DNA of 63,863 nt, the filler included, from Octopus bimaculoides (Eukaryota): NCBI RefSeq assembly GCF_001194135.2. It is 4 parts of 3 records of this genome, joined end to end, with 100 filler letters (N's around TTAATTAATTAA, not from the genome) between each part and the next. Parts side by side here need not be neighbours in the genome. Positions count along the whole stretch, not along the records: positions 62,771 to 63,863 come from NW_026394691.1; 3 more parts are not named here. One strand, written 5' to 3'. The translations under genes were made by a program, and so were the position numbers. Positions 63,537-63,863 of this stretch are shown here, piece by piece (position 1 is the stretch's first letter; each line of letters begins with the position of its first letter). Below the pieces are notes generated by a model. That model was not told the DNA's origin, did not search any database, and saw nothing but the letters and a program-made list of their open reading frames with translations.

Positions 63537-63670
63537 AATCTCTGAAGAGGCCTAGTGAATTATGCATGTACCCCCATTGCATCCTTTTCATCTACCAATC
63601 ACTCCAGCATACTGGAGCTATATAGATAGAATGGGGCATTCCAATGCTAGGCCAAAACAGCTGTAAGATT
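63537..63670 (+). ncRNA. Penelope-type hammerhead with perfect helices but a G12A core change
   Basis: AAUCU-CUGAAGA-GGCCUAG...CUAGGCC-AAAAC-AGCU-GUA-AGAUU. Stem I 5 bp, stem II 7 bp. Confidence 0.75.
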
Positions 63671-63863
63671 TTGTCCTTTCTTCAGTTGCTAGATGTCCTT
63701 TTAAATTTGAAATTTTAATTGTTGATATGACATAGTATGTCATAAGTGTCTGTATATTGTCTTTATTGCCCTTTTGGTTGTAAAATAAATGGATTAATCA
63801 ACAGAGTACAGTCTCTGCAAGCTGATGAGTACCTCATATTCCCCTCCATTTTCTTATTGCTAT

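Overview
Eukaryotic, AT-rich, microsatellite-dense animal DNA with many N gaps. The SINE families and repeat landscape look cephalopod, most likely Octopus; this is inferred from family resemblance, not from a database search. No host protein-coding gene, rRNA, true tRNA or CRISPR array could be supported, and almost all long ORFs in the track are N-run or microsatellite artefacts. The window is a stack of transposable elements. DNA transposons: a near full-length but broken Chapaev3 (CMC) element, plus mariner, rosa-like and Tigger fragments and several MITEs or hairpins. Retroelements: Gypsy pol remnants, RTE, CR1 and L2-like LINE remnants, R4/Dong LINE pieces stacked in (TAA)n tracts, an intact gag/ORF1-only retroelement, and about 30 tRNA-derived SINEs. 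The most notable signal is a set of seven Penelope-type minimal hammerhead ribozyme motifs with palindromic helix III (two of them degenerate). Two of these lie inside a tRNA-Arg-headed SINE that also carries an inverted copy of its own 3' tail, which suggests a Pol III, ribozyme-bearing non-autonomous element mobilised by Penelope-like machinery. Three 100-bp gaps containing TTAATTAATTAA are assembly spacers, so adjacency across them is unverified.
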